Positions 39,226 through 56,531 of a DNA stretch of 64,000 nt are shown piece by piece; position 1 is the stretch's first letter; each line of letters begins with the position of its first letter. Position numbers and translations under genes: made by a program. The stretch comes from the human T2T-CHM13v2.0 reference genome, Homo sapiens. The DNA is taken from positions 15,008,001 to 15,072,000 of the forward strand of contig CP068257.2 in the NCBI GenBank assembly GCA_009914755.4, in the 5' to 3' direction. A model generated the notes under the pieces. It did no database searches. It had not been told where the DNA came from and was given only the letters and a program-made list of their open reading frames with translations.

Positions 39226-41470
39226 CTTACAACATTGGTGGTTTAGATGGTTGACTCTGTTTTTAAAGTCAGGGATCAAAACTGTTGCACATTGGCACCT
39301 CCATTGTCTCATTCAATTCCTGGATCACAGTAGATTTTGATTATTAAAAAAAGCAAAAGTTCAAATTAATTGACTAGTCTTAGGCTTAAAACCATGGACT
39401 TAATATAATGTTACATTTCATGATACTATTGTTAGTGTCCTGAGGAAATGGCAGCCCACAAAAGAACACCATGAATGACAGGTAAAGGTCCTCGGTGCTA
39501 CAGTTAAGATGGAAGTTGGTGGAATTTGACAGAAAGGGAGTGAAGCCCTCTTTTCCCCATGTGAGTTTAAGTCAAGTGAGAGAAAGTAAAGAGATGGGCA
39601 AATGAAGCACAAACATTATTTTTATTAAACTAGATAGTTTATATGAATAGCCACAATGGGTTTCCAAATACAGAAGCTCAGAATTATCCAGACTTTCCAT
39701 TTGTACTCAGAGTGAGTAAACAAAGATTCCGCCCTGTAAATAAAAGGGAAAAGAAATGTAAGTTTCCTACAGGCAATAACTCCATGATCAGTTCTTACTA
39801 AAAATTCTCCAACTGGAATTCAATTCTCCTACTCCTGGAGGATGCCAGTGAATTAGTAAAGAAAGATCATGAGTTTTACACTAATGAATATCACTCTACA
39901 TGAAAACACAAAGAATGGAGCATAAGGACTCCTTAAGAATAAGACCCAAACCGTGAAAGACAAAATAATATTCTTAGTTTGTATACCTAGAGAACAAACA
40001 GAGCCTCAACTAAACTTTCTACTGCAAACTGATTAGTATATGAAAATATTTTAATATCGGTGAGAAAAAAAGAAGTGAGAAATTATCAACGGACTTTTTT
40101 GATATTAAATAATCTGGATATATTGTCTTTGGAAGAACTTATGTGCCAGTTATTTATTGTCACAACAATACTGCAGTGATAACACCATAGAACAAACAAC
40201 CACAAAAGTGTATGTATAATTAACAATAATTAGTCATTGTGCATGTGTCTGTAATCAAGTGGGGGTCAGTTAAGGGGATCCCCTGACATTGTTTATGCTT
40301 GCTTAGATACCTGGAGCTCAGAGGGCTGTTGAGGGAGGTAGGCTGGCTTCTGCCAGAGTGACCAGGGCAACTGGACAACTGTAATGTGACACAGGCCCAG
40401 TGACCCAGGCTAACTGCGGAGACACAAGAAAGAATACATTGAAATATGTCAGACCCCTTAAGGTCTAGGTTCATACTAGGCACCTTCTCTTAAAAATCAC
40501 CCTATAGATCAAAGCAATGTGTATGTCCAAGTTTAGGATGAAGAGGTGAGTGAATATGCCCCATCTCTTTTTTGGAAAGGATTGCAGGGTCACATGACAA
40601 AGGGTACAAATATAGTTAGGGAGTAAGAATTAGGACCATTAATGCAGTCTATCACAGTGTAACATTGAGGCAGTGACTAGATTTTAAAATTTAGTTACTG
40701 ACAGAAGAAAGATGGCATACATAGCCACATTACAATTGAGTTTTCCTCATTTCTAATATTTGCAACATATCCAATATATATCAGTATCAATATATTCAAT
40801 ATATTATACCATTATCATCTTCTGCATAATTATTGTTATGTAAACAATTCATCTTGGTGTGAGATACATTGTTTAGAAACAAACTGCTCTTTTAGGTTGT
40901 AAAGAATTTGTCACCTCATAACTACTCACGAAAAGATGTAGAACCACTTGTTAGTACAACGAGAACTCAAAAGTCATGATGATTCCTAGTAGGGAGGTAA
41001 TCCTACTCAGGGGCAGCTTATGCAGAAGAATATAAACCAAACCCAGTATGTCAGGAAAATACCTATAAGTGCAAATGAGAGGCTTACAATTGATTGAGTC
41101 ACAGGATAAAGTGGAATAACAAACACTGTTTGTTCAGGTTGGCAGTCCCAGGTAATAATTTAGTAGCTCAACTACAAGAGACATGAGTCTGGCTCACAGG
41201 ACTCAGATTCACATGTGGGAATCCAGAGACCCAGACTGTCTATGGTAAGGAAATACTGAAGATCTTAAACAGCAAGCACTGGTGTCTCTGCTACTCCCAG
41301 ACCCTAACTTATAAATTATTAATTCCTTCACCTTCGGCTTTCCTGCTTTCCTAAATAGTCTTCACATGAAATCTGTAGTTAGATTTTACTTAGTGCTATA
41401 GAAAAAGATATTTACCAAGCAAATGCTAACATGAGAAGATTTTGAGTGCTAAAATTAGGAGTGCACTCAT

Positions 41471-43822
41471 TGTATTAATCTGTTTTCACACTGCTATGAG
41501 AACTACCTGAGACTGAGAATGGGTATTTTATAAAGAAAAGAGTTTTAATTAAATCACAGTTCCACAAGGCTGGGGAGGGCTCAGGAAACTTACAATCATA
41601 GAGGAAGGCAAAGGGGAAGCAAGGCATGTCTTATATGGAGACAGGAGAGAGAGCGAGGGAGGAAGTGCCAGACTTCTAAACCATCAGATCGCATGAGAAA
41701 GGACTCAGTATCAGGAGAACAGCAAGGGGGAAGTCCACCCCCATTATTCAGTCACTTCCCACCATGTCCCTCCCCTGACATGTGGAGATTACAATTCAAG
41801 ATGAGATTTGGGTGGGGACACAGAGTCAAACCATATCATTCCAGCCCTGACACCTCACAAATCTCATATTCTTCTCACATTTTAAAATAAATCATGCCTT
41901 CTCGACAGTGCCCCAAAGTCTTAATTCTTTCCAGCATTAACTGGAAAGTCCAAGTTGAAAGTTTCATCTGAGACAAATCAAGTCCATTCCACCTAGGAGC
42001 CTATAAAATAAAAAAACAAGTTAGTTACTTCCAAGATACAATGAGGATACAGGCATTGTGTAAAATGCTCCCATTGCAGAAGGGAGAAGTTGGCCAAAAC
42101 AAAGGGGCTACAGGCCCCACACAAGTCTGAAACCCAGCAGGGCAGTCATTAAATCTTAAGTCTCCAAAATAATCTCCCTTAACTTCACTTCTCACATCCA
42201 GGGCACATTAATGCAAGGGATGGGCTCCCAAAGCCTTGGGCAGTTCCATCCCTGTGCCTCTTCAGGAGACAGCCCCCGAGGCTGCTTTCACCAACTGGCG
42301 TTGATTGCCTGTGGCTTTTCCAGGTGCACAGCTGTTGGTAGATTTACCATTCTGGGGTTTGGAGGACAGTGGCCTCTTTCTCACAGCTCCAGTATGCAGT
42401 GCCCCAGTGGGGATTATGTGTTGGGGCTCCAATCCCACATTTCCCCTCTACACTGCCCTAGTGGAGGGTCTCCATGAGGGCTCCACTTCTGCAGCAGAAT
42501 TCTGTCTGGACATCTAGGTGTTTCCATTCATCCACTGAAATCTAGGCAGAGGTTCCCGAACCTCAGTTCTTGTCTTCTGCACACTTGCAAGAACAACACC
42601 ATGTGGAAGCTGCCAAGGCTTGGAGCTTTTACCCTCTGAAGCAATGGCCTGAGCTGTACCTTGGCCTCTTTTAGCCATGGTTGGAGCTGGAGCAGCTGGG
42701 ACACAGGGTGCCATGTCCTGAGGCTGCACAGAACAGCAGGGCCCTGGGCCGTGCACATGAAACCATTTTTTCATCCTAGGCCTCAAGGCCTATGATGGGA
42801 GGAACGGCCATGAAAATCTCTGAAATGCCCTGGAGACATTTTCCCATTATCTTGGTGATTAACATTTTGCTTCTCTTTAATTATGTAAAGTTTTGCAGCC
42901 AGTGGCTTGAATTCCTCCCCAGAAAACCTGGATTTTCTTTTCTACTGCATGATCAGGCTGCAAATTTTCCAAACTTTTATACTCTGCTTCTCTTTTAAAC
43001 ATAAGTTCCAATTTCTGATAATCTCTTTGTAAATACATATGACTGTATGATGTTAGGAGCAGCCAGGCCACATCTTGAATGCCTGGATGTTTAGAAATTT
43101 CTTCCACCAGATACCCTAATTCAGTTCTCTCAAGTTCAAAGCTCCACAGATCTCCAGGACAGGGGCAAAATGCCACCAGTCTCTTTGCTAAAGCACAGCA
43201 ACAGTGACATTTACTCCAGTTCCCAATAAGTTCCTCATCTCCATCTGAGACCACCCCAGCCTGGACTTCATTGTCCATGTCACTATCAGCATTTTGGTCA
43301 AAAGCATTCAACAAGTCTCTAGGAAGTTCCAAACTTTCCCACATCTTCCTGTCTTCTGCTGAGCCCATCAAATTGTTTCGACCTCTGCCTGTTACCCAGT
43401 TCCAAAGTCGCTTCCACATTTTTAGGTTCCTTTATCACACCTGGTACCAATTGTCTGTATTAGTTGGTTTTCCCACTGTTATAAAGAACTACCTGAGACT
43501 GGGTAATTTATAAAGAAAAGAGATTTAAATGACTCACAGTACAGTATGGCTGAGGAGGCATTGGGAAACTTACAATTATGGTGGAAGGCAAAGGAGAAGC
43601 AAGACATGTTTTTCATGGTGGCAGGAGAGAGAGAGTGAAGAGGGAAAGTGTCACACTTTTAAACCATCAGATCTTGTGAGAACTCCCTCACTATCATGAC
43701 AACAGCAAGCAGGAAGTCCATCTCCATGATTCAATAACCTCCCACAATGCTCCTCCTCCAACACATGAGGATTACAATTCAAAATGAGATTTGGGAGAGG
43801 ACAGAGTGCCAAACGATATCAC
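41471..43822 (-). mobile_element. Full-length MaLR retrotransposon (MST/THE1 family): LTR, ~1.6 kb internal region, LTR
   Basis: Two same-orientation LTRs at 41471-41838 and 43456-43822, both the reverse complement of TGATAT(G/C)GTTTG..CCCAAATCTCAT(C/T)TTGAATTGTAATC..TTTATAAA(A/T)TACCCA..CTCAGGTAGTTCT..ACA, sharing private variants. Total length 2352 bp matches the ~2.3 kb THE1/MST unit. Confidence 0.85.
42877..43419 (-). other. 180-aa ORF in the MaLR internal region (element-encoded gag-like ORF remnant); longest ORF in the window
   Basis: The ORF-track entry 42877..43419(-) lies immediately inside the 5' LTR of the minus-oriented MaLR, in the same orientation as the element. MaLR internal regions are known to carry one short ORF with no retroviral homology. 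Confidence 0.6.
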
Positions 43823-44449
43823 TCGTTATGAATGAGGTAAGAGTATAGCAAAGAAGATAAAGAGTCAATGAAAAGTGCTCTAGAAAAGAAAGAGAAAAAA
43901 GGAGTGAAGACTTAAAAGAGGGAAGATGAATAGGTAGAAGAATCAAATTAAACTAGGACATGAAGAGTTTTCTTCATATGTATAAAAATAGGATGATCGA
44001 TTGGTCTTTTATTGCTTACATTTTTCTTGTTGACCATGATAGGGAAGAAAAATAATGGCAGAGGTTTTAGGCAAGTGTGTATCAAGGAAATATAGATCAG
44101 CTTTTGTTCCAAGAAGTATGGACTTTACAAAACTCACACTGTATATACTCATTGGGTTAGTAAGTTTAATTCCAGTGGATGTGTTATATATCAATGAGTG
44201 TGTAGAGTAAGTATATAATGATAATGTATTATGCCTATGAATATGTGTTATGGGTATTCATTGCAGTGTTTTATGACATCAATGGATTAAACTACCACTT
44301 GCTTGCTTTCTCCAAATGAAAGCCAGCTAAAACTGTCAAAAGGCACATCCAGGTCAGTTGAATAGATCAGTGATAAGAACTGACAAAAAGTGCAGCTTTT
44401 TCATTCTGCAAGCAATATTTACTCTAAAAACCTATCTAAATAATTTGGC

Positions 44450-44774
<325 letters not shown>

Positions 44775-46599
44775 ACTGCTGACTCTATCATAAGTAGAAA
44801 GAAAAACTAAATTTGTACTTTTAAAGCCAGAGAATGTAACTGAAATTCTTAAGCACTCTCTGTCCAGTCTACACCATTCAATTCCCTTTCATCTTAGAAG
44901 AAAATTACTGTGGTCAAAAGTCATTGCTTTAAATTCCTATATATATGTTTTAAGACACAGAATGCTAAATTCAAAAGCTGTTATCAAGTTTCTGATAAGG
45001 GTTTTGTGATAGGAAGTCTAATTTTGTATGGTTATAGTTATTAATGAGCATTGTGGTGATTTAGGCTCTCACTCCTACACATGGATTGCTGATCCAGTAG
45101 AAATGTGCTACAACTAAGTTCTCTGGGGTTGTACCTGAATCCTTTCTCCATGGCATTATTTTGGCTTAGTCTGTCTCAGGAAGTTATACTGATATGTTGC
45201 TTCCCAAGAGTGTCAATGTGCTTTCTCTTTCATGTGTTTGCTTGGAAATACAGCCTGTTGAGAGAAACAACTGTCAGCTTCTACTTAAACATATTTTACC
45301 TAAAATCTACAAAGCATCCATCCCTTTGAAGATTGTTACAGGTTTATGTGTCAATTTAATATGCCATATTCTCCTGGAAAGGCTGGTACTATTTCAAAGT
45401 AATCCCATATTTACAAAATACAAGTAGAAGTTGACAAGACCTTAAACATAACCAATTTTCTCTTTCGTAAATGCGTAGATCAATTGTGATGATAAATGTA
45501 TTCTGACATTATTTAATCCGAATTTATTTTTGCCTTTCAGGCATTCTTGAGAATTCATATGCAGATTTTGCATTTTGTAGCTTTTATAAAATAAATGTTC
45601 TATACCAGGTTGATTTGGATGAGCATATAAGGGAAGCAGAAATTTTTCAGTAGATGAATGTGTATTCATAATGAAAATGGGCATTCTAATCTTTGATGGG
45701 TTGTCCAAGGAAATGTCTTATATTTGCAATTCTTCGAAGCCAACTCCATGGTTCTGTGGAATATGAGACATATATTGTTTTGTCTTATATTTATTTGTTT
45801 CACAGATTATATTGAGTAAATGACATGTGTCAAATATTTGTTAATCAATAGAATTGAGGTCTTTTTATTCCCAAGGTCTTTCACAGAGCCCTATCATAGA
45901 GGATGTTTAAAATGCTTGTGGTTGTATTGTCTCCCCTTCTGTAATGTTTAGTTGCTCTATGCTTATTATTGTTACATTTTATGGAAAATTACGTTTTTGG
46001 AAAAATCACGCTAAAAAAATCTATGCTACATTATAAAGCCAAATAGAAATTTTCTCATGACTTGAAGCTATTGTGGAATGTTACTGCCACTGTACTTTTT
46101 CATGAGACTAAATTATTGAGAAGCAGTAAATTGCCTCAACAGCCTGAGATTTTTCCTCCTATGATTGCCTGATCACACATTTTAAATTTAGGTCTGTTTG
46201 TTTCTGCAGGAGTAAATCTACTCAGGTAGTCCTAGTGAGATTTGTTAAGTATTAGAAAATCTATCCTGCTCCCACATCATCATAGCAATACCACAGCAGT
46301 TAAAATGAGTGTCATTAAAATTCCTCTCTTTGAGGTTAAAACTTTCACCTAAAAATGTCAGTTTTGAAATGAGAGTACCCCCAAAAGTAAATTTCTTTTC
46401 TTATCCTTAACACAGTTATAATTTGTCAAGTAGATGAAAAAGAAGAGAACATAGATCAAGCAGAAAAATTTAAATAATCAGTTTTATCGAAGAATGTCTT
46501 ACATAAAGTTATTTCACTCACTTTATTAAATTGAATAAATTTTGTAAAAGGTATTACTGTGTTTCTGCCACAGTCAAGAAACAGAAACCCTTTTTACAC

Positions 46600-49330
<2,731 letters not shown>

Positions 49331-50494
49331 CCAACTTTTTCATTGAAGTTTCAAAACAGCCTTCTAAAGCCATTGCACAGGCATATATCTTCTGAGGACT
49401 CTACCCATCACTGCACGTGTAAAAACATTTAACAAATCTGACTGTTGGGAACACAAATTCTTCTCAGCCTTAGGTGATATCCAGATAATTTTCAAAATAT
49501 TATTTTCTAGTTTTTTTTCCATGGCTTTGTAAAATATTACTCCATGCATTCAAGATTTCCAGTAAATCAAAGACCCAAGAAGACTCAACTATAAACGTCT
49601 CAAATTCTCTCTCTGAGTGTGTAAAACTTCCGCCATTTAAATATTCTGCCGCACAGAATTTAGACAAATTTTTCACTGAGCTCTAATCTTTGTCTCTCCA
49701 ACTTAGCTAGATTGTTAGGCCCAGTTTGAATTTTCCCTTGGTCCACTGTGATCTGCAAACTGCCCTCGGTGTATAAACGGTACATTTTAAGATTCACCTA
49801 ATTATTTCACCTAATTTTTCTAATCTCAGAGATCACAGTTCTGTACTGTGCTATTGTCCTATGTATGAAGTCAGTTGTTTTACATATTTTGTTCAATTTT
49901 ATAAATTTTTTTGGCATAAAGGCAATTTTCAGAGCAGTTCCTCTTTCATAGATGATAGTGGAATTTCAGATCAGTTTTGATGAAAGTGAGAGATGAAACA
50001 TTTAGAAGAAATGAAAGTGGGAGATAAAACATTTAGAAGAAAAAGCATGGTACTAAGGGGTAATGCCGAGTAGAGAATTGAAGCAGGGTATTTTGGAAAA
50101 CCACAGGATAGCAATGAAGGGCAGTTATGAATGAAAGCAAAAAGACAAGTTTTACTTACTGCCCTATATTTTAAATGTAAGAATACTCTATTTTAGCCAT
50201 GTTTATTTCCATGGAAAATTCTATGAAGGATTCAGCAAAGTTCCATAAGGAATCATCATCCTAAAGTGACTTTTTACAACTTCTGAACTGCTGTGGGACA
50301 GAGTCTGGGTTTGGCCTTTAAAAAATCTCAGATTGGGTAAATTTTTTTCTCCATCCGATTACTCCTTTTTCAGCTATGTGTTTACCCAGTTTGGCACCTC
50401 TGTCCTTTCTGTCCCTTGCTCCTTGCATTAAAGATGTAAAATACCCTTCCAAGGTTCTATTACCACATTTAAACCTATTTCTTCTCTAAGAAGA

Positions 50495-50882
50495 AATCAA
50501 TCATTATCTACCCACTAGAAGAGAAGAAATTAAAGGCTTCCAATACTACGTGTGGGTGAGGAGATAGAACAATTGAAATTCTCATAGATTGCTAGTAGAA
50601 ATGTAATACTGTACAATCATGTTGGAAAACAGTTTGACAGTTTCTTACAAAGCTAAACATACACTTTCCATATGGCTCAGCAATCCCAATTCTGGGTATT
50701 TGTCAGGAAAAATTAAAACATATGAACATACAAACGCTCATACAAGAAGTTGCATAGCAGCTGTATTTGTAATACCAAAACCTGGACACAATACTATTGT
50801 TTCATCAAAATATAAATGGTTAAATAAACTACCAATACTCTTAACATAATGGATGGATATTATGTTGAGTGAAAAAAGCCAC
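50495..50882 (+). repeat. Inverted duplicate copy of the old-L1 segment 46731-47105 (~97% identity)
   Basis: The reverse complement of 50495-50882 aligns base for base with 46731-47105 (GTGGCTTTTTTC(G/A)CTCAACATAATATCCATCCATTATGTTAAGAGTATTGGTAGTTTATTTAACCATTTATATTTTGATGAAACA...CAATCTATGAGAATTTCAATTG(C/T)TCTA(C/T)CTCCTCACCCACA(T/C)GTAGTATTGGAAGCCTTTAATTTCTTCT) with about 10 mismatches over about 375 bp. Confidence 0.85.
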
Positions 50883-51416
50883 TTTTTTAAAATTATACTT
50901 TAAGTTCTAGGGAACATGTCACAATGTGCAGGTTTGTTACATATGTATACATGGGCCATGTTGGTGTGCTGCACCCATTAACTCGTCATTTATATTAGGT
51001 GTATCTCCTAATGCTATCCCTCCCTGCTACCCCCACCCCACAACAGGCCCCAGTGTGTGATGTTCCCCTTCCTCTGTCCATGTGTTCTCATTGTTCAATT
51101 CCCACCTATGAGTGAGAACATGCGGTGTTTGGTTTTTTGTCCTTGTGATAGTTTGCTGAGAATGATGGTTTCCAGCTTCATCCATGTCCCTACAAAGGAC
51201 ATGAACTCATCTTTTTTTATGGCTGCATAGTATTCCATGGTGTATATGTGCCACATTTTCTTGATCCAGTCTATCATTGTTGGACATTTGGGTTGGTTCC
51301 AAGTCTTTGCTATTGTGAATAGTGCCACAATAAACATATGGGTGCATGTGTCTTTATAGCAGCATGATTTATATTCCCTTGGGTATATACCCAGTAATGG
51401 GATGGCTGGGTCAAAT
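50883..51416 (-). mobile_element. LINE-1 3' fragment (young L1PA-like), minus orientation
   Basis: TTTTTTAAAATTATACTTTAAGTTCTAGGGAACATGTCACAATGTGCAGGTTTGTTACATATGTATACATGGGCCATGTTGGTGTGCTGCACCCATTAACTCGTCATTTA...CCCAGTAATGGGATGGCTGGGTCAAAT. Minus-strand ORF 51095-51433 reads ...DPAIPLLGIYPREYKSCCYKDTCTHMFIVALFTIAKTWNQPKCPTMIDWIKKMWHIYTMEYYAAIKKDEFMSFVGTWMKLETIILSKLSQGQKTKHRMFSLIGGN, a near-consensus ORF2 tail. Confidence 0.93.
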
Positions 51417-53934
51417 TTAGCTTTGACTATCAAGACTAGAAAGCAAGGATAGGAAGGACAAGAGATTCCTGGATTTCAATGCAAGATTTTAATATCTTTT
51501 TTTTTTAAGTATACATTGATTACTTTTGTAAAGTTTATAAAACATTATAAATAACGTAATTCAAAAGGAAAAAAATACTCTCTGCCTTGAAAAACAAGTA
51601 CATCCCAAATGGAATGAGGATCCTGGAACTATGGGGAAGTACAAAGCACTCCAGAGAGTCTTGAACTTCGGCCATGTGATGGCACAGAAGGAATGGATAT
51701 TTTCCCCTTGACTTCAAGTTTATTCTTTCTCCTTCCACAATGGTCTAGCATAAAGTAAATCCTCTCTGTGTTTTTATTTAAGTGTATATGCTAAAATAAA
51801 TTTTGTGGAAAAAAGACAAATATCTTTTACATAGTCTAGTGATAAACTGACAAAAAGAAAATTTTTAAATACTTGGGTGATAAATTATATCAGATGATTC
51901 CTAATGAATAATGGGCACTGATACAAACAATTCCTAATGTATAATGAGGCTGATTGTTTTCCTTCCTTTGGTTTCTATAATTAGGTTTAAAATATCCCTG
52001 CAAGGTGAAGGGAATTATACTTTTAATTTTTTAATATAATATTGAGCATATTCAATTAAGGGTGTCAACATAGCAGAGTTGATTCTATGCCTGCTATTTG
52101 GAGACTCGCTATCATGGACTTTGAAGAACATTATGTTTTACTTTAAGAAGAAGATTTGTGTTACTAAATACATGGAGACACGAGGGAGAAGTTGAAGATT
52201 GGGTTAAAGAATGTAAATGTTCACTCTGAATTTACCTACTGCTAAAGACCCAAGTTAAGTAAGTGTATTTTCATGTATTAAATACACTTTTTATTTAATG
52301 TATTAAAGTACACTTAGTACATTTAGCTTAAATAAGACAAAATTTGCCTATATGTATTATGACTTCATTTTGAAACAACTTTCTGATGTAGTATTGTTCC
52401 AAATATTCTAAGGAGAAGGAATGGTTCATCTTGAACCACTTTATCCCTGTAGCTCTAAGTTAGAGCAAGCAACACATCTTAGTGATCAAAATTTATTTCT
52501 TGATTTAGTGATACTATGCCTTCTCTTCTATATTTGCTTTATAAAGGCTCACATACTTGTGGTCACTGTATTTCTGCCCTGAGACTTCTATTTCTTATAA
52601 CAAATACTTCTGAATTCATTATATTTCTTAAAGTTTATCCTTACCAACACATATTGTTTTCTCTTCAGCTTTTTGAAGTCAATTCAAGCAAATCAATGTA
52701 AATAGACTGCAAAATTTGCCATCTTCTTTGAAAATGGCCTAGCCAATTGTGACAAAAATTTTAAGTTGACATTCTTATTTTCCATTGGAATATTTCTATT
52801 TTTATTGTAGTATAAGAAAAACCAAACATATGTGTGATATTAATGTATTACATTTGAGACTAAAAGCCTATTATTTCACTTTGTTTCTGCCTACAAAATA
52901 GATGACAGTAGAAGTTCATTTTCAGGATTCTAAATATTAGAAGTATTCAAATATTAAATTTTTTGAAATTATTTTTAAAATGATTACCTATGAAAAAGTG
53001 TTGGCTGTATAATAACTGAGGAATCAATTGTAAAAATGAAGAACCAAAATGTTTGCACTAGAGAGCCAAAAGGATAGATGAAGAACAAGGTGGTAGAAAA
53101 AAGATTGCATTTTATGTCATTTCAATTTGTGCACCATATGATGTACTACGTATTTAAAATAAACTGAAAGGCTTATGATGGTGGTATTAGCCACTCTCAA
53201 AAAAGCTAAAAATGAATGGTAGGTGTTCGCTCGGTGGCCCAATCTGTGTGACCCAGACAAGGTGTTGTCTTTTTAATGATGATTGAGAGTGTTATAAAAA
53301 TTGCATAGATTTTATGAAAGATAATTTGTTACAAAACTGGAGATACTCCAGATGTACAAGATGAAAGAAGTATTTGAAAAGGAAAGACGTAACAAGAGGA
53401 AGCAGATGACACTGATGGATGTTTTTTAAAATGCGCTCGTAACATCCGCTCCTTTGGTTTCACACATGCTGTTAGAACTATTCCTGATGAACTGTTTTCC
53501 TACAACACTATCTATAGATCAATAAGGATTCTCTGGGAAATAAAGTTTCTTGCTTTTTTTTGTTATTAAGCAAAATGCCTGTTGCCACTTTTAAGGGGAA
53601 AAAACCAATATTGCAAATTTATTTTCAAAATGGAATATTTGCAATGCAATTATTTTTCCACTTTTATTAAATATTTAGAATTTATTTCTCTCTACTTTTA
53701 AAGAAAGTATTTTAATGTATGTAAAATACAGATATTTAATATATTTTTCTCCTGACTTACATGATATGTTTATGGACAACACAAAGTTGTTTGGAACAAA
53801 TATTATCCATAAATTATTGACTGCTTATCATAAATCCATATTATGCAGATATATTAAAAACCACAATACCATCTTTATTTTTTATTAGTGTGTTTTTTAG
53901 AATCCACGCTATCAAATCATAGAAACATTGCTAA

Positions 53935-54287
<353 letters not shown>

Positions 54288-56531
54288 AAGTAATATTTTA
54301 ATACAATGTAGCATCCTTCCCAAATATACTACAGTCTAATTTAAATTTATATTGAACATTAGGAAATATAAAGTTTGAAATTACTCATTTTTCAAATGAA
54401 GAAATTAAATGGATAAAAGTCTAATGATTTTATCAACACCACAGGACTAGCTAGTAGACTGAACACAGGAATGGAAGTTGCTGTCTTTTAGCCCAGTGTT
54501 CTTGCTTCTAACTCATAAACTCAATTTGCTTTTTGGAAGACTCTTCTAATGGTTATGAAAATTTGGAAATGAATTTGACTATATCCAGCTGATCTTAAGG
54601 CATCATCATGTGTTTTGACATTGGATTGGATTTAGTTTTGAGACACTGTTCTTAATTCAAGAATGTTCACTACTATTGGATATAGGACTGATTTCTGGGC
54701 ATTCCAAGATTGGAATCAAAGGATAAAGAAGTGTGAGAAAAAAAGCAATAGGGAAGTATTTTGGAAAACATTTCTAGAGCAAAACAAAACACAATAAAGA
54801 ATTGAAAAACTCAAGAAAGAAGATGAGCTGGAATACAAAGGCAAATGGTAAGCAAAGAAACAAATACAACTTATATTTAGTATCAACTAAATGTTGATGT
54901 GAAACACAGACTGAGTAAACTGAAACTAAATTGCCAGATGATCTCAACATGTGTATTGGTATGAGTGACATGAAACAGGAGGCAATGAAAGCATGATAAC
55001 ATTTTTGTCTCATTTGGGGAGTGGTTATAGATGGTGTTAAACTTTAGATATTGATATAAAACTATACTGGGATTAAATACTTGTACTCACAAAAGAAATC
55101 GGAAGAATCGAGATAGGATATATAATTTCCAAACTGCCAGATAAAAACAACAAAAAAGTGAGTCAAATGAAATACAAATAAAAGGATGAAATGTGATAGA
55201 TGAGGTAACTGTTAATAAAACCACTGTGGATTGAGAAATTTTAATGTTATATATTTAATGTCTAAATATGAAAATGAAAGATTTTTTGTAATAAAAAAGT
55301 TACAGTGACAAAAACACTAGAATAAATTAAAAATTCACAATTGTTAACTAAAGATTTTAAAATGTTTTTCCCAAATCAATAGAACAGTTTTCCCAGTCAT
55401 TTCATGTCATACAGTAGCTTTACATGAGATAAATTTTATTTTACATATATGTATTTATTTGTATGAATTAATTAAGTATTTTGTACCCAATATTTTTAAC
55501 AAAGTAGACTGGACCTATGTATAATACCTTAAATTATCCTTACCCTTCATTCACATTTAAATCCATTCCATACGGTACCATACTGGAGTAAAGAACTCTA
55601 AATGTGTTGCACTGTTTGCTATTGTCTCCAACAATGAATTGGGGGGAAGGAGTGGGTGGGCAGGAACAAACCCTACTTCAGAAATTTTCAAATTATAATG
55701 AAAAATGTTTCATTCTTGCTCAGGATGTACATAGCATTCATGCGAATCTGGAAACTAACCAGTTTCTTTACAAGGAAGGTTTTCTAAATATGTAACAAGA
55801 GCTACAACTGCCAGATAATTCTAAATGAGAAGTTAACAGTTTTCTTCCAGCTCTAAAAATACTAAGAAATCCTTCAGTGTTTCTGTTCTAATTTTCCTCA
55901 TGCTAATTAGATGAGATTGTCATTTTAGAAACCACCCTACTATGTTCTTTTTCTCCTTTAATTAGCACATTAGATCATTATCTGTGCTTTAATGACCCAA
56001 AAGGGTGACAATTACAGCTGTTACATTCAAGCCTCACTGGAATGCCCTACTTGGGGCTCATGCCACAGGCCCACTGGAGACAAAGTCAGCATTTATGAGT
56101 CATAGCGTCCCTGTAGGATATTAAACTGCTTTTCAGCTGTGTCCCACATGTATCTTGTTCTCTGTCAGGAAAAACTCAGAATCCAGAAAAACTTCCACAA
56201 AACAAATGTCATCTACATTGTAAGACTCATCTGACTGGATCATACAAATTCTTGTCCTGAAGAAATAGCTTTCTGTAAGATGGAGAGTTGTCATGATAAA
56301 ATTCCCATTAACATGGATCACATCCTTGCACTAATCAGTGTACTCTTAGATTTAAAACACTCGTAAACTGATAGATGTAATGTCCCCAAAATATTTGTTC
56401 CTATTTATATGACTTTTCTGTTGCATTATTTTTTGAGTAAATAGTTGTTATGAGTAATTTCTTTCATAATAAGAACTTTTGAGTTAATACACTGAACTTA
56501 TCCCAATGCAGCTAAGAAAGAAACAAATCAT

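Noticed and set aside
42877-43419. 180-aa ORF, the longest in the window, as a candidate novel protein-coding gene
   Set aside because: It lies exactly where a MaLR (MST/THE1) internal region carries its own ORF, in the element's orientation and directly inside the 5' LTR. This is a transposon-encoded ORF remnant, not a host gene.
50495-51416. Arm B of the inverted duplication as a 3' transduction carried by the adjacent L1PA
   Set aside because: Geometry is wrong. For the minus-oriented L1PA, a transduced segment would need a terminal poly-T on its far (left) side, and none is present at 50495. The implied source, an L1PA immediately upstream of arm A, is also absent.
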